Source: Cyanophora paradoxa CCMP329 (lineage: Eukaryota; Plantae; Glaucophyta). Taken from it: a stretch of 64,000 nt of DNA. A program made the translations under genes and the position numbers. Location of the stretch: positions 62,001 to 126,000 of the forward strand of contig QPMI01000417.1 of assembly GCA_004431415.1 (NCBI GenBank), in the 5' to 3' direction. Under the pieces are notes generated by a model, which was given only the letters and a program-made list of their open reading frames with translations, did no database searches and had not been told where the DNA came from. Within the stretch, counting starts at the first letter, position 1. Each line of letters opens with the position of its first letter. Below are positions 62,892 to 64,000 of this stretch, piece after piece.

Positions 62892-64000
62892 ATGAAGGCC
62901 GAGGCTCTCGGGCGGACGGGCGTGCGCGTGGCTTCGCCCGGTGCGTGAACGGCACGTCGAGCGTGCACGTAACTCCGCCCCATCGGCGTTGCGTCGCCGC
63001 TCTGACGAGAGCCGCACGCGAGCGCAGGATTCGGTCTCATGGGCCTCTCTGAGGTGCCATGCGCCTCTCCCGCCGCCGCGCGCTCGTCGCGCGGCCCGTG
63101 AAGCGCGCCAGCAGTTCTACGGTGCACCGGCCCCGGAGGCGGACGGCATCGCCACGCTCAACGCGTCGCTCGACATCGGGTGCACGTTCTGGGTGCGCTC
63201 GCTTACTCAAGACGCGTCCGATGCTCTGCGCCCTCGTGTGGCTGACCCGGCCCGGCCCGGCGCGTGGCGCAGGACACCGCCGGTGAGCTCCCGGCCCAGC
63301 TGCGCGTCCAAGAGCTTTCCTGCGTTCTGAGCGCACGCTTAGACATGTACGGATCGGGCGCCAACGAGCGGCTCGCCTCGAAGGTCCTCAAGGACCGCCG
63401 CAAGGACGTCTTTCTGTGCACGAAGTTCGCGCTGAAGCGGGGTACGCGTACGCCGGGCGCCGCCTAAGGGCCCCTCTAGAGCAACCGGCCGACGCACGTC
63501 CGATGGCCGCCCCGCAGGCCCCAACGGCGAGTGGCTCGGCCTCTCCGGCGACCCCGCGTGCGCACCCCAGGGCTCGCCCCTCGCGTACCCCCTCGGCCGC
63601 CGAACGCGGTACCCAGGTACGTCAAGGAGGCGTGCTCCGCCTCGCTGCAGCGTCTCGGCGTCTCGCAGATCGATCTCTACTACCAGCACAGGCACGTACC
63701 CCCCTCCCCTCCTCCCCCCGGCCCCTCGCGGCCTCCCCCTGGTCTCTTCTGATGCGCCTCCGCAGGGTCCGTCCATCCCTCTGTTCGCGCTCTGCCTTAG
63801 CCCGGCCCTGATCGCATCGGCCCCTGGGCCGCGCCGGCCCCCGCCCCGCCCCCGCCCCGGCCCCGCCCCGCCCGCCCCGGCCCCAACCCCGCCCCGCCCC
63901 GCCCCGCCCCCGCCCCCGCCCCGCCCCCGCTCCCGGCCCGGCCCGCCCCGCCCCCGCCCCGGCCCCGGCCCCAACCCGCCCCGCCCCCGCCCCGCCCCCG
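62892..64000 (+). CDS. Aldo-keto reductase (AKR13/IN2-2-like), 5' part; runs off the window
   Basis: [26 protein letters not shown]|DTA|[37 protein letters not shown] (catalytic D, Y, K, H). Last visible exon ends at ~63691. Confidence 0.92.
63835..64000. repeat. (GCCCC)n-like low-complexity intronic tract
   Basis: Direct read; G4-prone on the minus strand. Confidence 0.85.

Overview
Eukaryotic nuclear DNA from a GC-rich, intron-dense organism that is probably a flagellated unicell (it has a TTLL6/13-type polyglutamylase). A glaucophyte/alga-like protist is a guess only. Most long ORFs in the track are GC artefacts, and the real genes are split by many short GT-AG and frequent GC-AG introns. 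Gene-dense block (12.4-30.7 kb): TTLL6/13-like (-), Set2/SETD2 (+), EXPERA protein (-), F-box+FIST (FBXO22-like) (-), hypothetical (+). Left arm: a diverged partial duplicate of the TTLL 3' half, a TA-TSD MITE, two secreted/membrane protein genes and a polyQ gene fragment. 31-55 kb is repeat-rich: an hAT-type MITE (8-bp TSD), a 5'-truncated L1-like LINE (14-bp TSD, doubled 3' tail), a tandem OB-fold (RPA-like) gene whose intron holds a TSD-less TIR+hairpin element, and several dispersed and tandem repeats. Right end: a CNBD-containing voltage-gated K+ channel and the 5' part of an aldo-keto reductase. The most striking observation comes from comparing repeat copies within the window: a recurrent 6-bp insertion turns a trinucleotide X into X-revcomp(X)-X (about 12 events). 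This would explain the pervasive short palindromes.
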